From an uncultured Planctomycetota bacterium (GTDB lineage: Bacteria; Planctomycetota; Phycisphaerae; Tepidisphaerales; Tepidisphaeraceae): a DNA stretch of 64,000 nucleotides. Location: the NCBI GenBank assembly GCA_963841915.1, contig CAWJEN010000006.1:992001-1056000 (forward strand), in the 5' to 3' direction. Shown piece after piece: positions 1-10,421 of this stretch. Each line of letters begins with the position of its first letter. The first letter of the stretch is position 1. Made by a program: the position numbers and the translations under genes. The notes beneath the pieces were generated by a model. That model was not told where the DNA came from, searched no databases, and saw only the letters and a program-made list of their open reading frames with translations.

Positions 1-1947
1 CCGCTCTGCCTGATTCGGGAGCGACAGACGCATCCAGCCGCTGCCGAATCGCTCATGTCGCCAGACGCCTGGGTCGCCGAAGATGTCGTTGCTGGCGGCA
101 TAGATGACGTTCGCGTTCGACGGGTCGACCGTCAGCCGAACCCGCTGCGTCGGCCCGCCGAGGAACTCAACCGAATTGCCGCCGTTGTTGGTGAAGTAAG
201 TGCCGGCGTCGGTAGTGACGTAGAAGTCGTTCTGAAATGTCAGCACCGGCGCGATGCGTTGGACCTGCTTGCCGTCGACGTTGAGCTGCTGCCAGGAGAC
301 GCTGCCTGCCGACGTCAACGCGTTCGTGCTGCGGTAGAGGTTGCTACCGACCGCGGCCCAGACCTCGTTGGCGTTGTCCTTGTTGACGTGGACGCTCCAT
401 GCGCGGGCCGAGACGCTGCTGGGCGACTTGAGCACCTGCCACGTGTTACCGCCGTCGGTGCTGCGGGCGATTTGGTTGCTCGTGTTGCCTTGGCCGAGCG
501 CGGCGAACATCGTGCCGTCGGCGGCAAATGCGACGTCGTTGCCGCCGTTGAACCTCGGCAGGCCCGGCTGCGTCATTTCATAGCTCCACCCTCCGTCGTT
601 GCTCACCGTTGCCAGCAACCGGTCCCAGCCCTGAACGACGAGCTTGTTGTCGTTGAATGGGCTAAACTCGGCATTGTTGGCGACCCAGCCGGTGTAGCCG
701 CTGGCGCGGTGACCATTGCCGGTCGGCGTGTTGAGCGCATCGTTCCACGTGTCGCCGCCGTCGCGGGTGACGAAGACGCTCGTCGTCGTGCCGAGGTAGA
801 CGGTGTCACTGTCGTGCGGACTAATTTCTGCCCACCAGCCGTTAACGATGCCGGAATCGAACGGCGTCGAGTCGACGAGCTTGCTCACGACGTTCGACTG
901 CGTCAGCACGTGCTGCCACGTCAGGCCCGCATCGGTGCTGCGGTAGGCGCCCATGCCGCCGGACCAATTGTTGTCGACGGCCCAGAGCGTGTTGCCGTCG
1001 GCACTTTGAGCGATGTGCTTGAAATCAGGCGGCCAGTAGCCGCTGGGGTCGCCGTCTTCAACCTTCGTCCAGTTGAGCCCGCCGTCGGTCGTGCGGAAGA
1101 CGCCGCCGACGTGCTGGCGGTTGGATACGTTGCCCTGGGCGGTGCCGACGACGGCGTGGAGGAAGTTTGGGTTCGTCGGGTGGGCGACCAAGCCCCACAC
1201 GGCCACGCCGTTGCCGAGCGTCGGCAGGCCGTTGCTGCGCTTCTGCCAGGTGCCGTTTTCGCCGTCGTTGCTGCTTCGCCAGACGCCCGACTCGGCGACG
1301 GCGACCCACACGGTCTCATGCGAGCCTGCACCGAATGCCGCAGCCATGATGTTGTTCTTCGACCCGCTGACGCCTGTCGGAACCTGGCTGATCTGCGACC
1401 AGGTTTCGCCGCCGTCGCGGCTGCGCCAGATCTTGCCGTAGTTTGGCACCTGATCGGCGTTGGTGCCGTCCTTGAAACGCCGATGGTCGCCACCGAAGGC
1501 GAGCAGCGTGGTATGCGTCGGGTCGCCCGCGTCGAAGAGGACGGTTTCGACCGAGGCGGGGTAGCCGTAGCCGGTGGCAGGAGGAAGGCCGCTGCGCTTG
1601 GCCGTCCAATTCGCCCCGCCGTCGGTCGATTGGTGCGGCCCGCTGTTCGTGCCGGCCCAAACAATATTCGGATCCGTCGGGTGCCAAGTGAAGTCCGAAT
1701 GCTCCCAAGACTGCCAACCCGTTGTCGGGAGCCACGACTGGCCGGCGTCGACGCTGACACCGGTGCCGAGGATGTCGCCGGCCAGCAGAACGCGATCCGG
1801 GTCGTGCGGGCTGACGGTCACAGCGTCGATCCGCCCGCCGCTGCCCGGCTCGCCCAGCGGCTGCCACTGCAGATCGGCAGCGAGCAGCCGACGTGCCTCG
1901 AGCCCTTCAAGCCGCGCACCGCAAAGATGTGGGTTCATATTGGTCAT
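1..1947 (-). CDS. Secreted LEPR-XLL (planctomycete extracellular motif) protein with BNR/Asp-box beta-propeller repeats; runs off the left edge
   Basis: Absent from the ORF track because it has no stop in the window. Manual translation from ATG 1947 gives MTNMNPHLCGARLEGLEARRLLAADLQWQPLGEPGSGGRID..., then repeats STDGGANW, SRDGGETW, TTDGGLNW, STDAGLTW, TRDGGDTW, STDGGNTW. AAGGAG lies upstream. Confidence 0.85.
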   Translation of the reverse strand, partial: MTNMNPHLCGARLEGLEARRLLAADLQWQPLGEPGSGGRIDAVTVSPHDPDRVLLAGDILGTGVSVDAGQSWLPTTGWQSWEHSDFTWHPTDPNIVWAGTNSGPHQSTDGGANWTAKRSGLPPATGYGYPASVETVLFDAGDPTHTTLLAFGGDHRRFKDGTNADQVPNYGKIWRSRDGGETWSQISQVPTGVSGSKNNIMAAAFGAGSHETVWVAVAESGVWRSSNDGENGTWQKRSNGLPTLGNGVAVWGLVAHPTNPNFLHAVVGTAQGNVSNRQHVGGVFRTTDGGLNWTKVEDGDPSGYWPPDFKHIAQSADGNTLWAVDNNWSGGMGAYRSTDAGLTWQHVLTQSNVVSKLVDSTPFDSGIVNGWWAEISPHDSDTVYLGTTTSVFVTRDGGDTWNDALNTPTGNGHRASGYTGWVANNAEFSPFNDNKLVVQGWDRLLATVSNDGGWSYEMTQPGLPRFNGGNDVAFAADGTMFAALGQGNTSNQIARSTDGGNTWQVLKSPSSVSARAWSVHVNKDNANEVWAAVGSNLYRSTNALTSAGSVSWQQLNVDGKQVQRIAPVLTFQNDFYVTTDAGTYFTNNGGNSVEFLGGPTQRVRLTVDPSNANVIYAASNDIFGDPGVWRHERFGSGWMRLSLPNQAER

Positions 1948-1973
1948 AGCTCCTTCAGCCTGCGACCGCGTCG

Positions 1974-2705
1974 CTACCTTGACTCGCCTGAATCGCTCGA
2001 GATGAGCAGGTTGTCGAATGCAACCTCGAGCGTGTTGAACGCCGGGTTGACGCGCAACCCAAACTGATTGCCGTCCGGTACATCGCCGCGTCCGACGGTC
2101 GCGACGAGTGGCTCGAAAGCCGGCTCGCCGTCCTGCACCAGGCGAACGCCGATCTCCAGCCCGTCGTCGATCGGCGTGCCGACCATCTCGAGCCGGAAGT
2201 CGGGCGAGCCGTCGGTCAGGTCGAACTCGTCGCTGGCCGCCAGTTCCTCGACGGCCTCGCCGTCGCCGCGGGTGAGCACGAGGCGGAAGCGTCGGCCGCT
2301 CGTGTCAATTTCCTGGACGTAAGCGAAAAGGCCGGCGAGCTTCTGCTCGAAGTTGTCGGGCCGCTGTGCGTGGGCGAAGAGGCCGATCTTGGACTGCGTG
2401 TAGTTGATCTGCTCGACATCGACATCAACGGCGAGCCGGAACCCGTCGCCGGAGTTGCCGAGCGTGCGGTAGGCGACGCCGACATCGCCGAAGCGAGAGT
2501 TGTCGTAGAAGGCGAGCGTGCCCTCGTGAAGGGTCAGGCCCGGCTCGGTGCCGAAGGTCTTGCCGACTTCGGTCGCTTGATCGCCGAAGTCGTTGAACGT
2601 GATCTGCAGGTCGGCCGGCTCGGCGTCAAAGGATTCGACCTCGCCGAACACCGGCGCTGCGACAAGCAGAGCGGCTGCAAAGATGATGGCGTTACGAGTA
2701 TTCAT
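1974..2705 (-). CDS. Secreted hypothetical protein (243 aa)
   Basis: MNTRNAIIFAAALLVAAPVFG signal peptide followed by an acidic beta-rich domain; co-oriented with neighbours. Confidence 0.7.
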   Translation of the reverse strand: MNTRNAIIFAAALLVAAPVFGEVESFDAEPADLQITFNDFGDQATEVGKTFGTEPGLTLHEGTLAFYDNSRFGDVGVAYRTLGNSGDGFRLAVDVDVEQINYTQSKIGLFAHAQRPDNFEQKLAGLFAYVQEIDTSGRRFRLVLTRGDGEAVEELAASDEFDLTDGSPDFRLEMVGTPIDDGLEIGVRLVQDGEPAFEPLVATVGRGDVPDGNQFGLRVNPAFNTLEVAFDNLLISSDSGESR

Positions 2706-2766
2706 GGCGAGATCCGGCAAAAGTCGCCTCCGACCGTTTCCGGCCGGCGGCGAGGGTGAGGAGGAA

Positions 2767-3482
2767 CTAGCGACGGCGACGCAGGCCGACCAGCCCAAGC
2801 AAGCCCAGCGCGGCGGCCGAGGCTGGCTCGGGGATGGCCACGGAGGTGATGCTGAAGGCGTCGAAGGCGATTTGGTCTGCGTTCGTCGGGTTCGAACCGA
2901 TCCGCGCGAAGACCAACAAGTCTTCGCCGACGAGCCCAGCGTTGTTGCCGGCAATCGTGTTGAACGTCAGCGTGCGGTCGACGAACGTGCCTTGTGCCGC
3001 CGTAATGACTGCACCGATATCCGTCTGATTCTCCGCAACGACGATCGGGTCGCCGAAGATGTTGCCGTCCATGTCATCATCGATGACAAGGCCGTAGCTG
3101 TAGGTGTCTGGAAGTCCCAGGTCACTGCGCTTTCCGACCTTCAGCGTAAGGACGTACGTGGTGTCTGCCTCGACAGAACCAAGGTTCTGATAGACGCCGA
3201 TGCCGTTGACGGTATCGGCAGCAAGTCCGCGGTCGTCGAGGATCAGGTACTGGTCCCCGTCGCCGTTGGCGATGGCGGTTCCACCGGTCGCCGTGTTGAA
3301 CGAGACTCGCGAGCGATCGCGGTTGCCGAACTTGGTAAAGTCGGGGACCGGAGGTGGTGCTGCCGGAGGTAATCTGCGGGCGTCTGGAAGCTGCCGTTGT
3401 CGACCTGCATGACGGCGGCCGGGGCGGCGGAGATGAGTGCGAGCGACGCGGCGGCCGCGAGGGTGGTGGTTGCGATCTTCAT
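2767..3482 (-). CDS. PEP-CTERM sorting-domain protein, frameshifted near 3340-3380
   Basis: The signal peptide MKIATTTLAAAASLALISAAPAA is in one frame. Another frame is open from ~3345 (VPDFTKFGNRD...) to IPEPASAAALGLLGLVGLRRRR*. Confidence 0.75.
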
Positions 3483-3559
3483 GGGGTTCCTCCTGGAGGT
3501 TCTTCGGAAACAGGTGACGGCGGCCGCATCACAGGCGACGACCGATGCGTCTTGGTCGG

Positions 3560-4873
3560 CTACTCAGCCGGCGGCGCGACGCTGGCGCCAGGTTGATCTT
3601 CAAACGGCACGCACACGCGGCCGATCCGTTCGGGGTTGGCCCCTTCGGCCAGAGCACGGCCGATCTCGGCGATCCGCCGGCCCATCGCCTTGAGCGGCAG
3701 GCGGATGAGCGACAGTTCCTCCACGCCGAGCCATCGCGTGGCGGACGGGTGCGGATCGAAAGCGATAACCGACAGGTCGCCGGGGATGCTCAGGCCGACG
3801 CGTCGTGCGGCCTCGCCTATGGCCCAGATGCCGACGTAGCTGCCGGCGATAACGGCCGTCGGCTGACGTCGACGTAGCCAACGCTCCGTGCGATCCACGG
3901 CCTTTGCCATCGGCGCGTCGGGCGAGGCGTCGACTGCAAAATCCGGCAGAGCCTCGCGATGGCTCACATACACATTCCTGTGCCCCGGATGGTCCGAACG
4001 GCCGACCCAGCACACGCCCGGCTCGTCCACATCGAGGCCCGCGTCGGCCAGCGTGAGCTCAAAGCCCTCCTGCCGCTCGAACACCCAGGGGGCCGGCCAC
4101 CTGTTGATGACCATCCCGATCCGCTCGTGTCCGGCCTCGATGAGCCGTCGCGTCGCACGCTTGGCAGCGTCGAGATTATCTTCAACAACTGACGGCAAGC
4201 CGAGGTACTGGTGGGCCGTGCCCATCACCAGGCCTGGGATCTCAAGACGCACCGCGTCGCGCAGCAACAGCGCGTCGCGCGGCTTGGCGGCGAGGCTGAC
4301 GAGCACGTCCGGGCGATCCCGCTCAAGTCGCCGAACGATCGCGTTCGTGTCGCTCTCGATCGCGCCGAACAACTCCACATTCACGCCTGACTGCCCCGCC
4401 GCTTCGTCGATACCCGCCAGCACTTGGGGCGTAATCCAATCGCTGCTCAGCTTGGCGATGTCGAAGAGCACGACGCCGAGGCGGAGCGTGTTGAGCCGTT
4501 CCGACGCGTCGTGGCCGCCGGCGTTTGAGGGCTGACCCTTTTCACCAGGCGAGTGCGTGGAGCGTTGGACCGCGAGCCGCGGCCCCCCGAAGGTTCCACG
4601 ACCCGGTGTGCGGCTGACCCAGCCGTCGCGCTGAAGACCATCTAAAGCCCGCCGAACGGTCGAGCGGCTCAGCCCGGTCCGCTCGACGATCTGCGCGTCG
4701 GTCAGAAGCGGAGCACCCGGACCGAATCGGCGATGGCGCAGGTAGGTCACCATCCGGTCGCGAAGCACGTCCATGGCACCACGCGCCGGGAAGGGCTGAG
4801 CGAGCAGATCGCCCCCACCATCTCCGCCCGCCGCGACAGTCGTCTCGCTCGAACTGTTGTGAGCCATTTTCAC
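3560..4873 (-). CDS. GntR-type HTH / LacI-type sugar-binding transcriptional regulator
   Basis: N-terminal GLSRSTVRRALDGLQRDGWVSRTPGRGTF (GntR winged helix); C-terminal EDN..., GHERIG, GLSIPGDLSVIAFD (LacI/PBP domain). Confidence 0.85.
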   Translation of the reverse strand: MKMAHNSSSETTVAAGGDGGGDLLAQPFPARGAMDVLRDRMVTYLRHRRFGPGAPLLTDAQIVERTGLSRSTVRRALDGLQRDGWVSRTPGRGTFGGPRLAVQRSTHSPGEKGQPSNAGGHDASERLNTLRLGVVLFDIAKLSSDWITPQVLAGIDEAAGQSGVNVELFGAIESDTNAIVRRLERDRPDVLVSLAAKPRDALLLRDAVRLEIPGLVMGTAHQYLGLPSVVEDNLDAAKRATRRLIEAGHERIGMVINRWPAPWVFERQEGFELTLADAGLDVDEPGVCWVGRSDHPGHRNVYVSHREALPDFAVDASPDAPMAKAVDRTERWLRRRQPTAVIAGSYVGIWAIGEAARRVGLSIPGDLSVIAFDPHPSATRWLGVEELSLIRLPLKAMGRRIAEIGRALAEGANPERIGRVCVPFEDQPGASVAPPAE

Positions 4874-4882
4874 GATTTGAGC

Positions 4883-4911
4883 AGTATGTCTCGTCTATCG
4901 TCTCATGTCAA
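4883..4911 (-). promoter_or_regulatory. Sigma70-type promoter of the regulator gene
   Basis: Minus strand TTGACA-N17-CATACT immediately upstream of GTG 4873/ATG 4867. The spacer contains an AGACGA direct repeat (possible operator). Confidence 0.6.
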
Positions 4912-5527
4912 GAGGACTCTTCTCGGGTAATGGCCCGACATCGCTCCTCCTGAATGGGAGAACCCTGCTGGCACGGTCGGGCCGAGCAGACTGGATGTAT
5001 TGTGAGCCATTTGAGGCATAGCGACAAGTGTGACGAATGATCAGCGGCGACGTCGCGTCTTCCAGCACTTCGCGCTCGACCGTTCCTTCAATCGTTTGAG
5101 CTACGGTTTTTCACGAATGTCGCAGCCTCTTCTCCTTCCGATAAGTCCTCGACCTCCTCGCATCGGGTTGCGCTCATACCCAATCCCGGGCGCGACCCCA
5201 GCCGCCGCGCCTCGGCCACGCGCAGCATCCCCCACTCCCGCACGGCGGCGAGCAGATCGGGGGGAGCGGGCGTGGCGGACGCCATGTTTAGTCGCTAAGG
5301 CTGGCGAGCGACACATATGCACAGCGGAAGATGTCCGATGCGGCGTGGCGACGATCAGCCGCGCCGCACGAACTGAGGTGACTAACGAGGCTCGGTGCAG
5401 TTGCAGGACAGTGCCGGCCATCGACCACCCGACGTCGCCGCCGTCGGTCGCGTAGCGGTCGAGAATTGCCGAGAGACGGTTATAAACCGGCGGATGCGCC
5501 TCGCCGATGCCTAAGCCGTGATGAACC

Positions 5528-5800
5528 TTGAAGTGCAGCGTGCTCGCCGCCGCCGCCGAGGACTACCTGCGCGAACTCAACCCGGACGCGAGCTTCGGAG
5601 CCTTCGGCCAGGATTACAACCTCGAGAGCTACGCCCTCTGCGGCTCCGACATGCTCATTAAAGGACACGACGTCTCCCACATCGCCTTCGGCGACGGCTC
5701 CACCGGCAACGCCTTCCCCGGCAGACGCTTCGACTACATGCTCGCCAACCCGCCGATCGGCGTGAAGTGGGAGGCACAGAAAGACACGGTGCAAAAGTAA
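5528..5800 (+). pseudogene. hsdM: Internal fragment of type I restriction-modification methyltransferase
   Basis: AEDYLRELNP...FGQDYNLESYALCGSDMLIKG...FDYMLANPPIGVKW matches an HsdM N6-MTase segment with an NPP motif; only ~90 aa. Confidence 0.75.
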
Positions 5801-5802
5801 CA

Positions 5803-6290
5803 TGCCACCGACGCCATCGCCGACGTGGTGCGTCAGATCCCCGGCGCGAGCGACGTGAAGGTCGAGCAGACCGAGGGGTTGCCCGTGCTCGACGTGCAGA
5901 TCGTTCGCGCCGCGATCAGCCGGCTCGGGCTGAACGTGGCGGAGGTGCAGGACCTCGTCGCCGCCGCGGTCGGCGGACGCGAGGCGGGCGTGATCTTCCA
6001 GGGCGATCGCCGGTTCGACCTGATCGTCCGACTGCCCGAGACGATGCGCGGCGACGTCATGGCGCTGGCAAGCCTGCCGGTCCCACTGCCCGATGCGAGA
6101 ATCGGCTCGGCCGAGTTCGCGAGCATCGGCGTTCCCCCGACGGCCCCGGCTTTCGTGCCGCTGGCCGACATCGCCACGCTCGACACGACCGTGGGCATCA
6201 ACCAGGTCAGCCGCGAGAATGGCAAACGCCGCATCGTCGTCCAGGCCAACGTCCGCGGCCGCGACATCGGCTCGTTCGTCGATGAGGCCG
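5803..6290 (+). pseudogene. Internal fragment of CusA/CzcA heavy-metal RND transporter
   Basis: IPGASDVKVEQTEGLP...GDRRFDLIVRLP...VPLADIA...NQVSRENGKRRIVVQANVRGRDIGSFVDEA. Confidence 0.8.
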
Positions 6291-6490
6291 AAAGCGCCGT
6301 GCTCAGCGGCGTCGCTCGCGCGGGTCGAGGCGGCGTTCTCATCAAGGGCGGCGGCGCGCTCGAAGAACTTGGCACGCTCACCGCGATCGCTTTCGACAAG
6401 ACCGGCACGATCACGCGCGGCGAACCCCGTCTGACCGACGTCGCCGCGGCCGAGGGCGCGACGGAGGATGAACTGCTGAGCGTTGCCGCG
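6291..6490 (+). pseudogene. Internal fragment of heavy-metal P1B-type ATPase
   Basis: GVLIKGGGALEELG...AFDKTGTITRGEPRLTDV, fused in frame to the CusA fragment. Confidence 0.75.
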
Positions 6491-7717
6491 GCGGCACGGC
6501 AGTTGAGCATCTCCGAAAAGACGCTGGCCAACTTGGTGCTGGACCGGCGGCTGACGCCGACGCTGACGCCGGCGTCTTCCACGGCGCAGGTGGAGGGCCA
6601 GGACGACCCGACGGTCTTGCGGCGACGCATCCGTGAGCTCGAAGTGCAGCTGCGGCGTGCCGAGTCCGAGCGGGAGACCCTCAAGCGGGCCACCGCGTTC
6701 TTCGCCCGCGAGGACGAACAGGACCACACGCAGGACCGCCCCCGGGAAAAGCGATGAGAGCACGGACGCGCAAGCTCGCACGGACGCGCAAGCTCGCACG
6801 GAAGCGTCTCTGGATCGAGAACTATCGCGGCACGTTCGACCTGACGAGCAGGTGCCGCGTGCTGGGCGTAGGCCGCAGCGGGCTCTATGCCGCGCGTCTG
6901 CAACGCACGTGATTGCCCGGCCCGCGTCAGGTTCGTCGGCAACGCCTTGCCGAGCAGGTGCGGGTCGTCCACGAGCAATCGTGTGGGACCTACACCGCCC
7001 CGCGGGTCGCCAAAGCCCTTGAGCAGCAAGGTGAGTCGGCCTGCCGCAACACGGTGGCGACGCTGATGCATTAACAGAATCTGCGTGGCCGCGGAAGACG
7101 GCGGCGTGTCCACGCACCACCGACAGCCATCACGGCAAGCCCGTCGCGGCCAACGTGCTCGATCGCCGCTTCACCGCAGATCGGCCCGATCAAAGCTGGG
7201 TCGGCGACATCACCTACGTCGCCACGGATGCAGTCTTTTTGTATCTGGCGGTCATGATCGACCTGTTCAGTCGGAAGGTGGTGGGGTGGTCGATGACCGA
7301 CCACATGCGGGCCGAGTTGTGCACCGACGCGTTGGCCATAGCGCTGGCGAACCGGCATCCGCGGGTAACTCCAGACCCGCCATTGCTGTTCCACAGCGAC
7401 AGGGGCAGTCAATACGCCATCCAGCCCCATCGCTTGGTGTTGGACGAGAATGCCATGACCTGTTCGATGAGCCGCGTGGGCGACTGCTGGGACAACGCGG
7501 TGTCGGAGAGCTTCTTCGCGACGCTCAAGACGGAACTGGTGCACGGGGAAAACCACCCCGACTACGCCGCCGCGTGTCGGTCGATCTTCGAATACGTCGA
7601 GGTGTTCTGCAACCGCCAGAGAATGCACTCGAGCCTGAACTACTTGTGCCCCGGAGCGTTCGAGGCCACACCTCCTTCACCCAACCGCCCCACGCCCACC
7701 GAACGTGGGTAATACCA
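6491..7717 (+). mobile_element. Degenerate IS3-family element (OrfA remnant plus interrupted OrfB transposase)
   Basis: OrfA tail ARQLSISEKTL...ERETLKRATAFFAR. OrfB pieces CRVLGVGRSGLY and GTYTAPRV...NTVATLMH* (internal stop). rve core WVGDITY...DLFSRKVVGW...FHSDRGSQY...CWDNAVSESFFATLKTE. Probable right end ...GGGTAATACCA at 7717. Confidence 0.85.
6760..6806 (+). repeat. 18-bp tandem repeat (about 2.5 copies) at the IS3 OrfA/OrfB junction
   Basis: GCACGGACGCGCAAGCTC x2 followed by GCACGGAAGCG. Confidence 0.8.
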
Positions 7718-7982
7718 CACCCCCGGCGGCCGGGCCTTGGCCGGGATGCTGGAGGTGTTCGACGAGTTCGAGCGGGACATCCTCCGCGAGCGCGTGCGGG
7801 CCGAAATCGCCCAGGCTCGTAAGGAAGGCCGCCCCCACGGCCGACCCAAGACCGCCGCCAAGCTCGCCGGCCGCATGCGCACTCTCCGCCGCCAGGGCTT
7901 GAGCAAACGCAAGATCGCCGAACAGCTCGGCATCAGCCGCACCAGCGTTATCCGCCACCTTGCCGAGGTGCCGGTCGCTTAG
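7718..7982 (+). pseudogene. C-terminal fragment of serine recombinase/resolvase
   Basis: TPGGRALAGMLEVFDEFERDILRERV...GRPHGRP...GLSKRKIAEQLGISRTSV; the catalytic N-terminus is missing at the IS end. Confidence 0.8.
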
Positions 7983-8220
7983 CGTGCAAAAAGTAACCAA
8001 CGGAGGAGTAGCCCCTAAGAAAGTAGACGCCGCTAGCTGCGGGACCACCGCCCAAAGCTACCTAGAGGGAGGACGCGCTACCGATCAGAGCGGGCCACTT
8101 CAGAGCGGCTTCAACTCATCCGTAGCGGTTTGGCTTCTTGTGCATCTGGTGCATTCTCTTGTAGCCGCAAGGTTCTCTCCGCGGCTGCGAGGGACTTGAC
8201 GCCGCTCGAGAGGCGGCGAG

Positions 8221-8391
8221 CACAAGCTGACGCTGCCGAATGGCCTGCTGGCGTTCGATATCTCGGCCGGGCAGGAAACAAACGTGCTAATGGCGGCGGT
8301 GACACTGAGCGTTGTGCCGCTCATCATCGTCTTTGTCGTGTTGCAGAAGCAGCTCATTGCCGGCATCCAATTGGGTGGCGTGAAGGAGTGA
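8221..8391 (+). pseudogene. C-terminal remnant of carbohydrate ABC transporter permease (MalG-like)
   Basis: Manual translation HKLTLPNGLLAF...NVLMAAVTLSVVPLIIVFVVLQKQLIAGIQLGGVKE*, with no intact 5' part. Confidence 0.65.
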
Positions 8392-8455
8392 CCGCCCGGA
8401 GCGGCGGTATCCTTACCGCTCCCGCTCGTTCCTGCCGCGCCGACCACCACCTGTC

Positions 8456-10396
8456 ATGACCAACTTTGCCAGTCGCTGTTTCTGCTCCGTGCTCGGTCTT
8501 TGCTTGCTCGGAAGCGTCGCCAGCGCCCACCCGACGCCGCAGCCGCATCGACCCGAGATCGCGCAATACGAGGCAAGCCCGCTGCCCGACCGCATTGTGC
8601 TGACCTGGGTCGAGGACCCGGCGACGTCGCAGGCTGTGACGTGGCGGACCAATACCAGCGTCGACACCTCGTGGGCGGAAATTGCGATCGCCGGCCACGG
8701 GCCCGACTTCATCGACGACAGCCACCGACTCGCCGCCGAGTCGACCGAACTGAGCACGCATCTGGGCAAGGTGCGGTATCACACGGTGCGGTTCGAGGAG
8801 CTGACACCCAGGACGATGTACGCCTACCGCGTCGGTGACGGTGAGCGGTGGAGCGAGTGGTTCCACTTCACGACAGCCAGCGACAAGGCCGAGCCGTTCA
8901 CGTTCATCTACTTTGGCGACGCGCAGAACGCGATCCGCTCGATGTGGTCACGCGTGCTGCGTGAGGCCCATGCCGAAGCGCCTCGGGCTGCCTTTGCCAT
9001 TCATGCGGGCGACCTTGTGAATGTCGGTGACAGCGAGCGCGACTGGGGCGAGTGGTTTGCAGCCGGCGGCTGGCTCAACGGCATGCTGCCGGTCGTTCCG
9101 GTTCCCGGTAATCACGAGTACCACCTCGATCATGAAGGACCTGAGCCGGTGCGGGCCCTTGCACCGACGTGGACTTCGCAGTTCCCGCTTCCCGACAACG
9201 GCCCGGCCGAAACGCGTGGCACGGCTTACTGCCTCGACTATCAGGGCGTCCGCCTCCTGGCACTCGACACGAATCAGCCCATCGACGGGCAGGCGGCGTG
9301 GCTGGACGAACGTCTCGAAGAGAACGAGCAGAACTGGGTCATCGTCACGATGCACCACCCCGTCCACTCGGCGGCGGCGAATCGACAAAACGATCGGCTA
9401 CGCGAGATACTCGACCCGCTGTTCAGGCGGCACGGCGTGGACCTGGTGCTGCAGGGTCATGACCACACCTACGCCCGCGGCGTCGTCAATGGACCAACCG
9501 GTGACGTCAACGTGCCGGCCGGTCGGACGCATCAAGTCGAAGGCGGACCAGTTTTCGTTGTCTCCGTCAGCGGACCCAAGATGTACGCCATCGACCGCGA
9601 GCCCTGGATGCAACGCATCGCCGAGGGCACGCAGCTGTACCAGGTCATCCACGTCGACGGCGACACGCTGAGTTACGAAGCACGCACGGCCAAGGGCGAG
9701 CTGTACGACGCGTTCACACTCGACAAGAAGGCCGGTCTCATCGAGCAACCGGTCGAGATGGACGAGCGGATTCGCGAGCCGGAGATGCCTGTGACGCAGC
9801 GGCCGCATCAGCCTTGGGTGTTCCGTTGCGTGCTGGATCGGCGGGCGCGGACGGTGGTGGTCGCCCTGTCGAATGACGTGTGGGCCGCATGGGATGCCGA
9901 AACGTGCGACTTGTACAAGGTGTGGTCCGGCGAAGCGGCTGGCGAGGGAAAGGGTGGTATGAAGTTCACCGGCACCGTCTACGACACGCGGCACGGCCCG
10001 CAGCCGCAGACGCAAGGTGAGGTTTTTGACAGCTTCGCGACGTCGAGCTGGACCGTTCTACGCGATGGTCAACCCGTCGAGGCAACGCCTCGCTGGCTCG
10101 GCCATCGCGTCGACGGCACCGAGAGCGTCACCCTCAAGCGTGAGCTTCGGCTCGACGACGAGACGGTCGTGACCATCTCTGAATCACCAGAAGCCGCCGG
10201 CCCGCGGGCGTTACGCCGCATGTTTAAGGTCGAAGGCTTACCAGTCGCAACGACGCTTCGGTTGCAACTTGCCAACGGCCCGGCGGCGACCGTCGTCGCC
10301 GAGGGCGGTACGGTGTTGGAAGAAAACCGCGGGCAGCGGGTGGTGCTGTTCGAGATTGCCGCCAACGGCCAAGCCGCGGCGACGGTGACTTGGTAG
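8456..10396 (+). CDS. Secreted purple-acid-phosphatase-like metallophosphoesterase (FN3 + calcineurin-like) with extra C-terminal domain
   Basis: Signal peptide; motifs GDAQ, GDLV, GNHE, MHH, GHDH. Confidence 0.85.
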   Translation: MTNFASRCFCSVLGLCLLGSVASAHPTPQPHRPEIAQYEASPLPDRIVLTWVEDPATSQAVTWRTNTSVDTSWAEIAIAGHGPDFIDDSHRLAAESTELSTHLGKVRYHTVRFEELTPRTMYAYRVGDGERWSEWFHFTTASDKAEPFTFIYFGDAQNAIRSMWSRVLREAHAEAPRAAFAIHAGDLVNVGDSERDWGEWFAAGGWLNGMLPVVPVPGNHEYHLDHEGPEPVRALAPTWTSQFPLPDNGPAETRGTAYCLDYQGVRLLALDTNQPIDGQAAWLDERLEENEQNWVIVTMHHPVHSAAANRQNDRLREILDPLFRRHGVDLVLQGHDHTYARGVVNGPTGDVNVPAGRTHQVEGGPVFVVSVSGPKMYAIDREPWMQRIAEGTQLYQVIHVDGDTLSYEARTAKGELYDAFTLDKKAGLIEQPVEMDERIREPEMPVTQRPHQPWVFRCVLDRRARTVVVALSNDVWAAWDAETCDLYKVWSGEAAGEGKGGMKFTGTVYDTRHGPQPQTQGEVFDSFATSSWTVLRDGQPVEATPRWLGHRVDGTESVTLKRELRLDDETVVTISESPEAAGPRALRRMFKVEGLPVATTLRLQLANGPAATVVAEGGTVLEENRGQRVVLFEIAANGQAAATVTW

Positions 10397-10421
10397 AAGT
10401 TCCCTAACCCTCGATAGCATC

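Noticed and set aside
741..756. Additional parS half-site CGTTCCACGTGTCGCC
   Set aside because: Only the left arm matches; it is explained by Asp-box codons.
55..2067. 670-aa plus-strand ORF
   Set aside because: It is the antisense shadow of the minus-strand LEPR-XLL/Asp-box gene and has no recognisable motifs.
5825..6757. 310-aa ORF as a functional novel fusion protein
   Set aside because: It is made of truncated internal fragments lacking TM and catalytic parts; treated as a deletion scar.
5480..7120. Long minus-strand ORFs (546 and 426 aa)
   Set aside because: They are antisense shadows of plus-strand hsdM/cusA/ATPase/IS3 fragments in GC-rich DNA.
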